The notes beneath the pieces were generated by a model. That model was not told the origin of the DNA, searched no databases, and saw nothing but the letters and a program-made list of their open reading frames with translations. A stretch of DNA of 64,000 nucleotides from Bacteroidota bacterium (GTDB taxonomy: Bacteria; Bacteroidota; Bacteroidia; J057; JADKCL01): positions 16,569 through 80,568 of the forward strand of contig JANORP010000086.1 in assembly GCA_031415375.1 (NCBI GenBank), read 5' to 3'. Position numbers and translations under genes: made by a program. Position 1 is the stretch's first letter, and each line of letters begins with the position of its first letter. Of the stretch, positions 45,342-54,907 are shown piece after piece.

Positions 45342-47150
45342 TTATTGCCCGATGTGTTGCAGGCGGATGGTTTGCTGCTGGTCTTTGGTCTGCAGGCGCA
45401 GTCCATAGTTCCCGCTAGCAAGGCCATCCAAATTCCAGATGGTAGCGGCAGGTGCAAAGGCAATGACAGGTAAGTCCCTGGTTTCCAAAACTCGTCCAGA
45501 CACCACATCCAGCAATTCGATGCGGATCGTCTGTGACTGCCTAGCCGTCACGGTGAGCGTACATTCCGCGCCAGCGGGATTGGGGAATACTTGAATTGCT
45601 ACCGGAAAGGTGCTCGCCGCCTCCGCAAGGCCCACGATGACCGTAGTCGGGTTGGAGATCGCGGCACGCTGCCAGTGATTTTCGCCAGCGACGCAGCGGT
45701 ATCCCTTTGCAAATGTTTCGGTGGCGGCCACTTGGAGAATGGGCGAATACCAAAACTCGGCGGTGACGGTATCGGGCCTGATGTCCAAGATCCCATAACC
45801 ATGACTCGTGAGCTCGGAATAGACGTGGTGAGGATTGGCGGCCGAAATGGCTCCCGCCACCAATTGTGCTAGAAACCCTGTGATACCCGCCTCATCAAAA
45901 TTGCCTCGGGTGATGCTGGTGGGCAGAAATTCGACGGCAGCCGAACCTGCGCCTGTTGTCGAATTGTAGTTGTTGTAGTCGATCGGCAGGTCGCAAGTGA
46001 ACGAGGTATGGATATCCCCGCTCAAAACGACATTGTTGTCGATGCCGTTTTGATCGAGGTGGCTGAGCACGCGCACGCGTTCGCCATTGTAGCCATCCCA
46101 TGCACCTGAGTCTGCAACGGGGCCGTCTCCAAAATTGATGAGTCCACCGAGGCCAGCGGTGGAAAATCGGCCCATCATGCGCTCTTGTGCGAGCACGCGC
46201 CAGCGCGCACTCGACCCATCGATTTCCTGTGCCAGCCAAGCCCATTGACTGTCACCGATCATGGAATATTCGCCATTGGGGAGCGTGTCGCGGTCTCGCA
46301 GGGTGGTGGCGTCGAGCACCAAGAGGTCAAGCAGGTCACCGTAGGCAAGGCGGCGGTAGATCAAATCTGGCCGCGCTGGGTTTTGTAACCGCATCGGTAC
46401 ATATTCCAGAAAGGCTTGCTTGGATTCGGCCTCAAATTGTGGGGTATCGCCGTCGGTATCGTGGTTGTCCCAAGTGACTGTCCAAGGATGCATCTGCCGG
46501 GCGAGGCGCAAATCGGGGTCGAGCAGGTAATAGGCGTGCCGCTCGCGCCACTCGCTGAGGGTCTGGGGATCAATGGGCGCGGGCACAGGCACCCGCACTT
46601 GCTCATCTTGATCGACAAAATCATAGATGTAGTCGCCCAGGTGCACCACCAGGTCGATGTCGTCGCGCTCACCCACGCGGCGATAGGCATTGAAATAACC
46701 CGAGAAGATGCTGCTGCAACTCATCACGGCGAACCTCACCTGTGCCACAGCACCCGTGGGAGCCGTTTTGGTGCGGCCGACGACACTCGTTCGCCCCTGC
46801 ACATCGCTCCAGCGGTACCAATAAAAGCGCCCTGGCAAGGGCAGCAATGCATCGACCTGAGCGGTCCAGTCGGCGGGTTGATCTGCGATGGCTGTGCCAC
46901 TCGACACCAAGTTGCTCAGGCCAGCATCTGAAAACACTTCCCAATTGAGGGTGATCGGGGCGCTGCTCGGTCCCGGATCGACTTTGGTCCAGAGCAAAAC
47001 GTGATCGACCGTGGGGTCAAACGATGCCACGCCATGCAAAAACGGCGCATGCGCCGTGTCGGCCATCATATTGGGTGGCAAGGTCTGCGCAGGCAAATGG
47101 GCTGCAAAAACCCATGCGAGGCATAGGAAGATCGTGGCGTGGTGTTTCAT
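45342..47150 (-). CDS. PhoD-family alkaline phosphatase/phosphodiesterase with T9SS C-terminal sorting domain
   Basis: Signal peptide MKHHATIFLCLAWVFAAHLPAQ (start moved to the ATG at 47150). PhoD motifs HGVASFDP...LLWTK, FAVMSCSS...GYFNAY, VHLGDYIYD, VTWDNHD. C-terminal IQVFPNPAGAECTLTV...GNYGLRLQT... is a T9SS tail. Confidence 0.85.
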   Translation of the reverse strand: MKHHATIFLCLAWVFAAHLPAQTLPPNMMADTAHAPFLHGVASFDPTVDHVLLWTKVDPGPSSAPITLNWEVFSDAGLSNLVSSGTAIADQPADWTAQVDALLPLPGRFYWYRWSDVQGRTSVVGRTKTAPTGAVAQVRFAVMSCSSIFSGYFNAYRRVGERDDIDLVVHLGDYIYDFVDQDEQVRVPVPAPIDPQTLSEWRERHAYYLLDPDLRLARQMHPWTVTWDNHDTDGDTPQFEAESKQAFLEYVPMRLQNPARPDLIYRRLAYGDLLDLLVLDATTLRDRDTLPNGEYSMIGDSQWAWLAQEIDGSSARWRVLAQERMMGRFSTAGLGGLINFGDGPVADSGAWDGYNGERVRVLSHLDQNGIDNNVVLSGDIHTSFTCDLPIDYNNYNSTTGAGSAAVEFLPTSITRGNFDEAGITGFLAQLVAGAISAANPHHVYSELTSHGYGILDIRPDTVTAEFWYSPILQVAATETFAKGYRCVAGENHWQRAAISNPTTVIVGLAEAASTFPVAIQVFPNPAGAECTLTVTARQSQTIRIELLDVVSGRVLETRDLPVIAFAPAATIWNLDGLASGNYGLRLQTKDQQQTIRLQHIGQ

Positions 47151-47222
47151 AGCTTTGGATCGAACAGCAATATAGCCAAGAAAACCCACAGAAGCCCAAT
47201 CGTCGGCCCAACGTTGCGAAAA

Positions 47223-47270
47223 CCGTTCGTCGGCCCTCTCCAAGACTTTTGGGGAAGGCCGACGAACGAA
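47223..47270 (-). terminator. hairpin downstream of the 2H-phosphoesterase gene (candidate intrinsic terminator; member of a repeated hairpin family)
   Basis: CCGTTCGTCGGCC (47223-47235) pairs with GGCCGACGAACGA (47257-47269), a 12-13 bp stem. It begins 5 nt after the stop at 47275 and, on the minus strand, is followed by GTTTTCGC. Related TTCGTCGGCCC hairpins occur at 51929-51963 and 52019-52063. Confidence 0.45.
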
Positions 47271-47274
47271 CCCT

Positions 47275-47778
47275 TTAGCCCTGCAACGGCACCATTTCCA
47301 CCAACTCCCATTCCGCTCCGATTTCCTGGGAGATGAGGCTGATCTTGGAGAAAACGATTCGCATGGGTAATGGCTGCGCCTTGATCGCAGCGAATATGTC
47401 GTCGGTGCAGGTCGCGTTGCGGGGATGCATCAGGGTGAGATGCGGCGCATGGATGCGCGGCACCTCGATGATGCCTTTGAGGATCGCTGTCCGCAATTGG
47501 TGAAAAGCGGTCTGGTCGCCGATGGCGGGCATGAGGACGCCCTTGCCTTCTGAAAACCGTACCGCCTCTCCAAAATCGATCACAATCGGGGCATGTTGGA
47601 GCCTCCGCAAATTCTCCAATACCAGCTCCAACGGGACGATTTCATCTTCGCGGCAGAGGGTGATATGTGCCTTGATGAGCGCATATTGCAGCGGATTGTA
47701 GGTCTGTCGCACCTGCTCGATCATGGCGGAATCGGCAGGATCGACAAAGAGGGTGAGTTGTAGGCGTCGTGTGCTCAT
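47275..47778 (-). CDS. 2H phosphoesterase superfamily protein (LigT / 2'-5' RNA ligase-like)
   Basis: Two H-x-T-x motifs at the expected spacing: AHITLCRE and PHLTLMHP. Size is 167 aa. Confidence 0.7.
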   Translation of the reverse strand: MSTRRLQLTLFVDPADSAMIEQVRQTYNPLQYALIKAHITLCREDEIVPLELVLENLRRLQHAPIVIDFGEAVRFSEGKGVLMPAIGDQTAFHQLRTAILKGIIEVPRIHAPHLTLMHPRNATCTDDIFAAIKAQPLPMRIVFSKISLISQEIGAEWELVEMVPLQG

Positions 47779-47790
47779 CTTCTAGAAGTT

Positions 47791-48756
47791 CTATTTTGAA
47801 GGTTGTTCCAAAACCTGAAGCACCCAAGCCAGGCAGGCGTCTGTATCCATGATGGACCATGAATGTGGGTTGCGAGCGCCATCCAAGCGGATGCCTTTGC
47901 CTTGGCTCACAATCACTTGCGCATTTTGATTGCCCGCGATCTTGAGCTGATTGATCATCGACACAATGTCGATGCCATTCCAGTCATACAAATCGCGGTG
48001 GCGCTGGTTCATCAACCATTCTGTGTCGAGGTCGGTAAACATGAGCAAAGGCATTTTCTGGAGGAAGCGGGCATTGCCACCCATGGGCGCTCCATAGGCA
48101 TAGATCGAATTTTGAACATATTTGTCGGGGAATGCTGCGGGCGAGCCACCATAAAGGCTATCGTAGTTGGCTTTCATCCAGCGGGCCTCATTGACCGCTG
48201 GCGCGAAGAGGTTCCTTGCGATTTCCCGCTCACAATATCCATAAAATCTGGCCTCGTCGAGCGGCGCATCCAATGCGAAAATGCCTTTGGGGACCAGGAA
48301 AAATTGATCCGGATTTTGGACGGCTTTCTCTGCGTATTTCAAGGAAATGATCGCGCCATTGGAGAGTCCGCCTAGCACAAAGGCATTTTTGGATACCTGA
48401 TGTTGGATGGCGATTTCTTGAAATAGGCGGTCTAGGAACCTAAACTCTGCATTGCGATCGACTGTCCCCCAGTTGACGGACGGCACGACGACCAAGATAC
48501 CGCCTTCGACAGCGCGCTCGTGCAGCTGAATCTGCCGCAACATGTTCTCAGTAGATTCGCCTCCCGATGGCAAAATCACCAAAACACCCTTGATGCTGGT
48601 CTTGGGTACATATTGATAGTAGTAAAGCTCGGTGGAATCGCCGTCGTTGATATAGAGGTTGTCTGGATCAGCGTGAGCTAGCGATATTTTCGCGGGCATC
48701 TGAGATTGGCAGGAGGCCGCAACCAAAACGAGCATCAGAAATAATAGTTGTTTCAT
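47791..48756 (-). CDS. secreted alpha/beta-hydrolase-fold esterase/peptidase-like protein
   Basis: Signal peptide MKQLLFLMLVLVAASCQSQ (start at the ATG at 48756). Nucleophile-elbow-like VLGGLSNGA. Overall alpha/beta pattern. Substrate unknown. Confidence 0.65.
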   Translation of the reverse strand: MKQLLFLMLVLVAASCQSQMPAKISLAHADPDNLYINDGDSTELYYYQYVPKTSIKGVLVILPSGGESTENMLRQIQLHERAVEGGILVVVPSVNWGTVDRNAEFRFLDRLFQEIAIQHQVSKNAFVLGGLSNGAIISLKYAEKAVQNPDQFFLVPKGIFALDAPLDEARFYGYCEREIARNLFAPAVNEARWMKANYDSLYGGSPAAFPDKYVQNSIYAYGAPMGGNARFLQKMPLLMFTDLDTEWLMNQRHRDLYDWNGIDIVSMINQLKIAGNQNAQVIVSQGKGIRLDGARNPHSWSIMDTDACLAWVLQVLEQPSK

Positions 48757-49156
48757 TTTCCTTGCCAACAATTCGTTTCCTTTTTGATGCACAGCTGTGG
48801 GTCTGCATGATCAATTCCCTTTTTCAGCAGCGCTAAATTAGGAAAAGAAGCTTCCTTTTTGTCGGTGGACGGCGCTTGCGTGGGAGCTTCTGCTTTTTTA
48901 ACGTTTGCGGAGCCATGCTGGAATCCATCATCCATGATGAAAAGCCGTTCGCGAACATGGGTAGCCGATCAAACCACAGACATCGGAAAGGTTTGCAAGG
49001 GGCCATTGCGGATCGACCTTGATCCCGACGCGGTTTCTTGCCCGCGCAACGCTTATAACTTTTATGCAAGGCTATTTCAGGACGATGCGCTATTCGTCGC
49101 TGATAGTTTCAGGTCACTTTTAGAAGGCGACCAAAATCCGCTATCTTCGAAACGAA

Positions 49157-50593
49157 ATGGTCTTCGCTAGCAATCTCTTTCTGCTGTATTTCCTGCCCGT
49201 GTTTTTGGCGGTGTATTTGGTCACGCCTCAGAAGTTGCGCAATCTGGTGGCCTTGCTCGGGAGCTTGCTGTTTTACGCCTGGGGCGCGCCCAAATTTGTC
49301 TTTGTGCTGCTGGGCATCGCTGTCCTCGACTATGTGGTGGCGCTGCAACTCGGCAAGCGCGACCGACATCGCAGCAAGTGGCTCGCCCTCGCCGTGGTCT
49401 ATAACCTCGGCCTCCTGCTCTATTTCAAATACGCCAATTTCTTCATCGAGAACACGAATGCGCTCTTGGGCGAGCTGGGCATTCACCAGATTGCCTGGAC
49501 CGCTGTTGCGTTGCCTTTGGGCATCTCTTTTTACACATTTCAGCAGCTCAGTTACCTCATCGATGTCTATCGCGGCGACAAACCGCCCCTCAAAAATCCG
49601 CTGGATTATTTATTGCTCGTGGGTATGTTTCCCCACCTGATCGCCGGGCCGATACTGCGGTACCGCGACATGGCCGACCAAATCCGCGACCGCAGCGCCC
49701 AAGAAAACATCTCCTACCGCCTCAGCGGCATGATCAGATTTGCGATCGGCCTCGCCCGCAAGGTGCTCATTGCCGACACGATCGGCATGCAGGTCTATAA
49801 GATCTATGCCCTCCCCCATACCGAGCTGGACTTCACGCTCGCTTGGATCGGCGCGGTCGGTTATACCTTTGTGGTCTATCACGACTTTGCAGGCTATTCA
49901 GACATGGCGATCGGCTTGGCACGCATGATCGGCTTTCAGTTTCCAGAAAACTTCCGCACGCCCTACAGTGCCACGAGCATCACCGAGCTCTGGCAGCGTT
50001 GGCACATCACCCTCGGCAATTGGATGCGCAACTACTTGTACATCCCGCTGGGTGGCAACCGCACCAAACAACCTTGGCGGATGCACGTCAACCTTTGGGT
50101 CGTCTTTCTCGCCGTTGGCTTTTGGCATGGCGCTGCCTGGACCTTTATCTTGTTTGGCGTGTGGCATGGCATCTGGATCTCGCTGGAGCGGTCATTTCTG
50201 TTCCGATTTATGGGAAAATTGCCCAAAGTATTGCGTGTGGGCTGGGTCTATCTGCTGTGGACGATCGGCTGCGTCTTGTTCAATGCCAAGGACCTGGCGA
50301 CGGCAGGTGCCTTTTACAAGGAAATGTTTGCGTTTCAAGTCAGCAAGACGCCCTACGCAGACCTGCATTTGGCGATGGGAAACAAGTTTTGGTTCATGAT
50401 GGCGCTCTCGGCCCTGATTTGTTTCTCGGCGGCGGTCCCCAAGATCGGGAAATGGCAGGAGCGCACATTTGAGTTGCCCGACAAAGCCTGGCAGACCATG
50501 GCTTGGACGGGCCTGGCGATGATATTGCTGATGTTGAGCATCAGCGAAATCGCAACCATGGGTTTTCGCCCCTTCATTTACTTTACCTTTTGA
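49157..50593 (+). CDS. MBOAT-family membrane O-acyltransferase (AlgI/DltB-like)
   Basis: Polytopic. Conserved MBOAT stretches ISFYTFQQLSYLIDVYRG, FPHLIAGPILRY, DFAGYSDMAIGLARM, WQRWHITLGNWMRNYLYIPLGGNR, FLAVGFWHGA. Confidence 0.85.
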   Translation: MVFASNLFLLYFLPVFLAVYLVTPQKLRNLVALLGSLLFYAWGAPKFVFVLLGIAVLDYVVALQLGKRDRHRSKWLALAVVYNLGLLLYFKYANFFIENTNALLGELGIHQIAWTAVALPLGISFYTFQQLSYLIDVYRGDKPPLKNPLDYLLLVGMFPHLIAGPILRYRDMADQIRDRSAQENISYRLSGMIRFAIGLARKVLIADTIGMQVYKIYALPHTELDFTLAWIGAVGYTFVVYHDFAGYSDMAIGLARMIGFQFPENFRTPYSATSITELWQRWHITLGNWMRNYLYIPLGGNRTKQPWRMHVNLWVVFLAVGFWHGAAWTFILFGVWHGIWISLERSFLFRFMGKLPKVLRVGWVYLLWTIGCVLFNAKDLATAGAFYKEMFAFQVSKTPYADLHLAMGNKFWFMMALSALICFSAAVPKIGKWQERTFELPDKAWQTMAWTGLAMILLMLSISEIATMGFRPFIYFTF

Positions 50594-50595
50594 CG

Positions 50596-51723
50596 ATGAA
50601 AGCCAAGCCCCTGCATATCGTCTGTTTTGCGCTGCTGCTGGGGCTGCTTTGGCTGCCTTTGTTGCAGGAAAATGTAGGCTTGTGGCAAGAGAAGCCGCTC
50701 GCGGGTGTCGAGGACAATACCGACTCCATCCCGCTCACACAGGCGACCTGGTTCAGCACACAATTTCAAGAGAACTTTGTCGCGCGGCAATACAAGTGGA
50801 TGGGCCTGCGCCCGAGCATGGTGCGCCTGCGCAATCAGCTCGATTTCAGCTTGTTCAATGAGCCTTATTACTCGGTGGTGCTCGGGCTGGAAAATGAGTT
50901 GTTTGGACGCCGCTCCATGGAGACCATCCAAGGCAAAGACTATATCGGCGGGTCCAAAGTGCGTTACAACAGCCGCAATACCGCCATTTTGCAAAACCAC
51001 TTTGCCAACCGTGGCGTGCAAATGCTCACGGTCGTGATGCCCAGCAAATTGCAGTGCATGCCGCAATTTCTCCCATGGGAAAACCTTGCATTCCCCGACA
51101 GCTCCAATTATCCCGCCTACATGGAGGCCCTGCGCAAGGAAGGCGTGAATCTCTTGGAACTCACCACCCCCTGCATCAATTGGATTGCGAGCGAACCACA
51201 CCGCATTTTCCCACGCACGGGCACCCACTGGACAGATTATGGTGCCGTCTTGGCCGCCAATGTCATCGTCTCGGAAATGGAGCGCCTGCGTGGGCAATCC
51301 TACATCCACCCACGAATCGTGTCCTTTGAAAACAGCCTCGACATGCGCGGCACCGATGCCGATGCTGGCGACTTGCTCAACCTCATCCGCGACATCCCAC
51401 CTGCCCAAATCGCCTATCCCAAATTGCAAATGGACACCGCAGGCAAAGTGAGGCCGCGGGTCTTGGTGATCGGCGACAGTTTTTGGTGGAAAATCTACAA
51501 CCAAGGCATCCATCAGGCAGTCTTCGCCCCTGGCTCACAGTACCGCTACTACAACTACGAAGTCTTCAGCGACCAATGGAGCGGTGCCAAATACATCAAC
51601 GATTTCGACCTCAAGGCCCTCGTTGAAAACATCGACTTTGTGATCCTTTGCGTCAACACCGACAATTTGCACCGCTATCCCTTTGAGTTTGTCGATCAGG
51701 TCTTGGGATTGTATTATCGGTGA
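50596..51723 (+). CDS. AlgX/AlgJ-like (SGNH/DHHW-type) acyl-transfer partner of the MBOAT protein
   Basis: Starts 2 nt after the MBOAT stop (ATG 50596; the ORF-track start 50503 overlaps). N-terminal TM anchor. RTGTHWTDYGA resembles the D-x-HW motif of AlgJ/AlgX-type proteins. VLVIGDSF follows. Confidence 0.65.
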   Translation: MKAKPLHIVCFALLLGLLWLPLLQENVGLWQEKPLAGVEDNTDSIPLTQATWFSTQFQENFVARQYKWMGLRPSMVRLRNQLDFSLFNEPYYSVVLGLENELFGRRSMETIQGKDYIGGSKVRYNSRNTAILQNHFANRGVQMLTVVMPSKLQCMPQFLPWENLAFPDSSNYPAYMEALRKEGVNLLELTTPCINWIASEPHRIFPRTGTHWTDYGAVLAANVIVSEMERLRGQSYIHPRIVSFENSLDMRGTDADAGDLLNLIRDIPPAQIAYPKLQMDTAGKVRPRVLVIGDSFWWKIYNQGIHQAVFAPGSQYRYYNYEVFSDQWSGAKYINDFDLKALVENIDFVILCVNTDNLHRYPFEFVDQVLGLYYR

Positions 51724-51902
51724 TTTAAAGAAGGTTTTGGCGTAGCGCCTCTGAATAAACAAAGGGGGAAAGTCTGCGCAGAAAATCAGCTGTGTAGCAA
51801 GCCGAACAAGCCTTTTTCAAATATGACTGCGATCCGATTTTGTCCTGAGATTTACGAATCTTCATGGAAATCCATACGTTTTGAATCTCAAACGGGTGTA
51901 CG

Positions 51903-52101
51903 CTCCCGCCTTGCTGCGGGAGCACCTGTTCGTCTGCCCACAACAACGCTGTGGGCCGACGAATGCGCATTTTGATCATAGATTCGGCATCGCTGAATCA
52001 TCGCTTGGCGGCCAATATCGTTCGTCGGCCCCCAAACTTGGCTTTGGGTAGGGCCAACGAACAACGTAATTCCTGCGCCTGCTCCCGCTCTCTGAGCGGG
52101 A
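51903..52101. repeat. cluster of at least four short hairpins in a convergent intergenic region
   Basis: CTCCCGCCTTGCTGCGGGAG (51903-51922). TTCGTCTGCCC...GGGCCGACGAA (51929-51963). CGTTCGTCGGCCC...GGGCCAACGAAC (52019-52062). TCCCGCTCTCTGAGCGGGA (52083-52101). The motifs are shared with 6954-6969 and 47223-47270. Confidence 0.5.
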
Positions 52102-52114
52102 TCCTACAGCCATC

Positions 52115-53203
52115 TCACTTCCCCTTCCCAGACTTCCAGATGAACCCATCCACGACATAATGCGTCACCTGCGGCAGCGACAGCAGCGGCACGATGATCG
52201 CCAGGGTCGCGTGGTCGGTCACATAGGGCAATACATCTGCCCAAGGGAACAATCCCGTGTGGTCGCGCCAGACGAGGCCGTCCCAAAGGCCCTCTTCCAG
52301 GTAGGCGAGCGCCAACAAAAGGCCTAGAAAGACAGGGATGAAAGCCACGCGAAAGCCGACTTTCATCCAAAGATTGGGGGCTGGCAACGCCGTAGGATGG
52401 GTTTGTTGTTTGCGGCCATACATCCACACCATCGCCATATAGGGCAATCCATGCGCGATGACATTGGTCGCTGTAAAGGCAAGGTCGCCATTGTGCAAGA
52501 CGATGCCGCTGTACCAACTCAGCCCAGTCCCGAGCAAAATCAGATTTTTGGGAACATTGATGCGCTGATTGGTGATCGCCATCCGCAATTCCTTGACCAC
52601 ATAGACCGCAATCACCAGCAGATAGATCACAAAACCGACCTTCGCCAGCGCGGGCATGGGCAGCGCCCAAAAATCATCCTCCACAAACCAACTAAAGTTG
52701 CGCGGCAAATGGGTATGCCAATACAAGATTGGATACAGCGTGAGTGCATAGACCGTGATCTCATCGAGGCGGCGCTCCCACAGGGCGCGGCCGTCTTGCC
52801 GCGCATACACGGCCATAAAGCCATATTGCTGCCGCACAAAGTGAAAGACTGCCATGTAGGCGAGCACCCGCCAAAACACCATCGGGCCGATCATGTACAG
52901 CATCATGCCACCGAGCCACACGAGCAAGGGCGTATAAATGAGTAGATTGCGGTAGCGGTCAAACTCCCTCGGATCCAAATAGGTGCGCCACAACGTGCTG
53001 TACACATGGGCCACATCCACCCCGACGATCAAGAGCAGCCAAGCCTGAGGCGGCATCGCTGCATTGTCTTCAAAAAAACGGGGAAACAGCAGCACCGCAA
53101 GCGTAGCTGCAAATGCGGGCGCGAGGATGAAGACCCCATCCACCCAGGATTTGTAGATCCAGGGTTGCTTGTAGGGCGATATTGTGGTCGAGGATGCGCC
53201 CAT
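52115..53203 (-). CDS. polytopic membrane protein of unknown function with conserved His-containing motifs
   Basis: About 9-10 hydrophobic segments. Histidine motifs DVAHVYSTLWRTY, FHFVRQQYGF, IAHGLPYMAMVW, THYVVDGFIWK. Last gene of the DUF4178/SpeE-like operon, 5 nt after the oxidoreductase stop. Confidence 0.6.
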   Translation of the reverse strand: MGASSTTISPYKQPWIYKSWVDGVFILAPAFAATLAVLLFPRFFEDNAAMPPQAWLLLIVGVDVAHVYSTLWRTYLDPREFDRYRNLLIYTPLLVWLGGMMLYMIGPMVFWRVLAYMAVFHFVRQQYGFMAVYARQDGRALWERRLDEITVYALTLYPILYWHTHLPRNFSWFVEDDFWALPMPALAKVGFVIYLLVIAVYVVKELRMAITNQRINVPKNLILLGTGLSWYSGIVLHNGDLAFTATNVIAHGLPYMAMVWMYGRKQQTHPTALPAPNLWMKVGFRVAFIPVFLGLLLALAYLEEGLWDGLVWRDHTGLFPWADVLPYVTDHATLAIIVPLLSLPQVTHYVVDGFIWKSGKGK

Positions 53204-53208
53204 GGTCG

Positions 53209-54864
53209 CTAGCTAGGGACCGCCTGCAAAGCCGCAGCCGCGGCGACGATGCCTCGGTGAAAGGCCTCCTCAAAAATGGAAATGCCGCTCAGGTCACTGT
53301 GCGCGAAGTGGATATTGCCGATCGGCTGCCGCGCTTGTGCCAGCGCCGCGCCGGTGATGAGGCCCGGTACGGGCCGCACCATGCCATGTCCCCAGCGCCA
53401 GACATCGAGCTGCTGCACCTGCGCCGAGATGCCCGGATGCATAAACTCCATGTCGGCGAGCACGCGGTCGCGCAAGGCGTCATAGTCCTGTGCCAGTAGC
53501 CATTTGCGGGCCTCGGTGGGCGGCAAATGTGTGATCGGCTCATACCATGTGAGCACGCCTGCGGTCGGTGCATGCTGCGCAAGCGACTGATGCCCCGCAG
53601 ACACATAGCCGAGCGATGCACGGTTGTAGGCGACATTGTCCCAACACATGCCTTTGAGCAGGCTATTGGATTGCAGATCGACACGCAGGTTGGCGACCAG
53701 CCAGGGTGCATAATCAAAACCTGCAAGTGCATGGGTGTAGCCACGCACGACGTGCTTGGCCACATATTGCGGGCCTGCAAATACTGCCGCGCGGGCACGG
53801 ATGTGCAAGGCATTGGCGGGCTGCGCGAGGTCGGTCACCATGGCCTCGATGCCCTCGTCGGTATTGGTGACCGAGGTCGCCATATGACGCGGCAACCATT
53901 GGCTGCCGGGCTGCAAACCTGCGCACAAATGATTGGTAAGCCAGGCATTTCCCTCTGGCCATGTCAAGACCGCGCCGCTCTCTGCATTGGCCCCGCCGCC
54001 TGAGCGGGCAGCAAAATAATGCAGCCCTGCCCACGCCGAACACTCGGCCATCGGCATGCCATAGTCATCACGGCAGCAATAGTCGATATACCATTTCAAA
54101 TGCGCGGCGTCATAGCCTCGCTCCTCCAAATAGGCTGCCATCGTGAGGCCATCCAAACGCAAGATTGCGGGGTCTTGCGAACTCGTCTCGGCCGGGATCA
54201 CAAATGCCTTTTTGCCATCGGCACCCACGGTGCCTTTCCACGCCTCGATCTCCTCAAAAAACCGATGGATTTGGGCCAATTCGGTGTCGGGTACGCCTGT
54301 ATGGGGCACGAGGCCATTTTGCCAAATGCCATGGATTTGCAGGCGCTCTTGGGGCGAATGACAGAGGTATAACTCGTTGAATATCGGTCGCTGCGCGCGG
54401 TCGTAGCCTTGCACGACATCGATCTGCGCGAGAAACTGCATCAGGCGTGTATTGCTGGCATCGGGCACTGGGAGATAGTGCGCGCCCCAAGGATGCAGCA
54501 AGCCGTTTTGATTCCCGCCTCGGGCATTGCCGCCAAGGTCTGCCTCCATCTCGATCAGCAAAAAATCTTGAAAACCACGCTGCCGCAATTCCCAGGCGCA
54601 AGCCAATCCGGCCACGCCACCCCCGATGATCAAGAGCTGTGTCTCGATCTCACGCACAGCCGCCACAGGCTGCGCTGCATGCGGGGCATCGGGCCTGAGC
54701 CGATGCCCGCTCTTGAAATCGGGCCCCAACAATTGGCCCGTGATCGCGTTCCGCTGGGCATCGCCACAAGAGAAAGCGCCACTCCCAAGCGCCCATACGC
54801 CGAGGCCAGCAACACCCAAGCGGCCTAGAAACTTGCGGCGCGAAATGGAATCATCTTGCATCAT
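53209..54864 (-). CDS. Tat-signal FAD-dependent (amine-oxidase-like) oxidoreductase
   Basis: Twin-arginine leader SRRKFLGRLGVAGLGVWALG. Dinucleotide-binding fingerprint LLIIGGGVAGLACAWEL. C-terminal IHFAHSDLSGISIFEEA is typical of flavin amine oxidase-like proteins. Confidence 0.75.
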   Translation of the reverse strand: MMQDDSISRRKFLGRLGVAGLGVWALGSGAFSCGDAQRNAITGQLLGPDFKSGHRLRPDAPHAAQPVAAVREIETQLLIIGGGVAGLACAWELRQRGFQDFLLIEMEADLGGNARGGNQNGLLHPWGAHYLPVPDASNTRLMQFLAQIDVVQGYDRAQRPIFNELYLCHSPQERLQIHGIWQNGLVPHTGVPDTELAQIHRFFEEIEAWKGTVGADGKKAFVIPAETSSQDPAILRLDGLTMAAYLEERGYDAAHLKWYIDYCCRDDYGMPMAECSAWAGLHYFAARSGGGANAESGAVLTWPEGNAWLTNHLCAGLQPGSQWLPRHMATSVTNTDEGIEAMVTDLAQPANALHIRARAAVFAGPQYVAKHVVRGYTHALAGFDYAPWLVANLRVDLQSNSLLKGMCWDNVAYNRASLGYVSAGHQSLAQHAPTAGVLTWYEPITHLPPTEARKWLLAQDYDALRDRVLADMEFMHPGISAQVQQLDVWRWGHGMVRPVPGLITGAALAQARQPIGNIHFAHSDLSGISIFEEAFHRGIVAAAAALQAVPS

Positions 54865-54907
54865 TCCTCATCCAATCGAATTGCATCCTCTGACCGTAGC
54901 TTCGCCA

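Noticed and set aside
50578-51513. 311-aa minus-strand ORF
   Set aside because: It is antisense to the AlgX/AlgJ-like gene, whose own frame carries a TM anchor and the THW motif. No motifs appear in the antisense frame.
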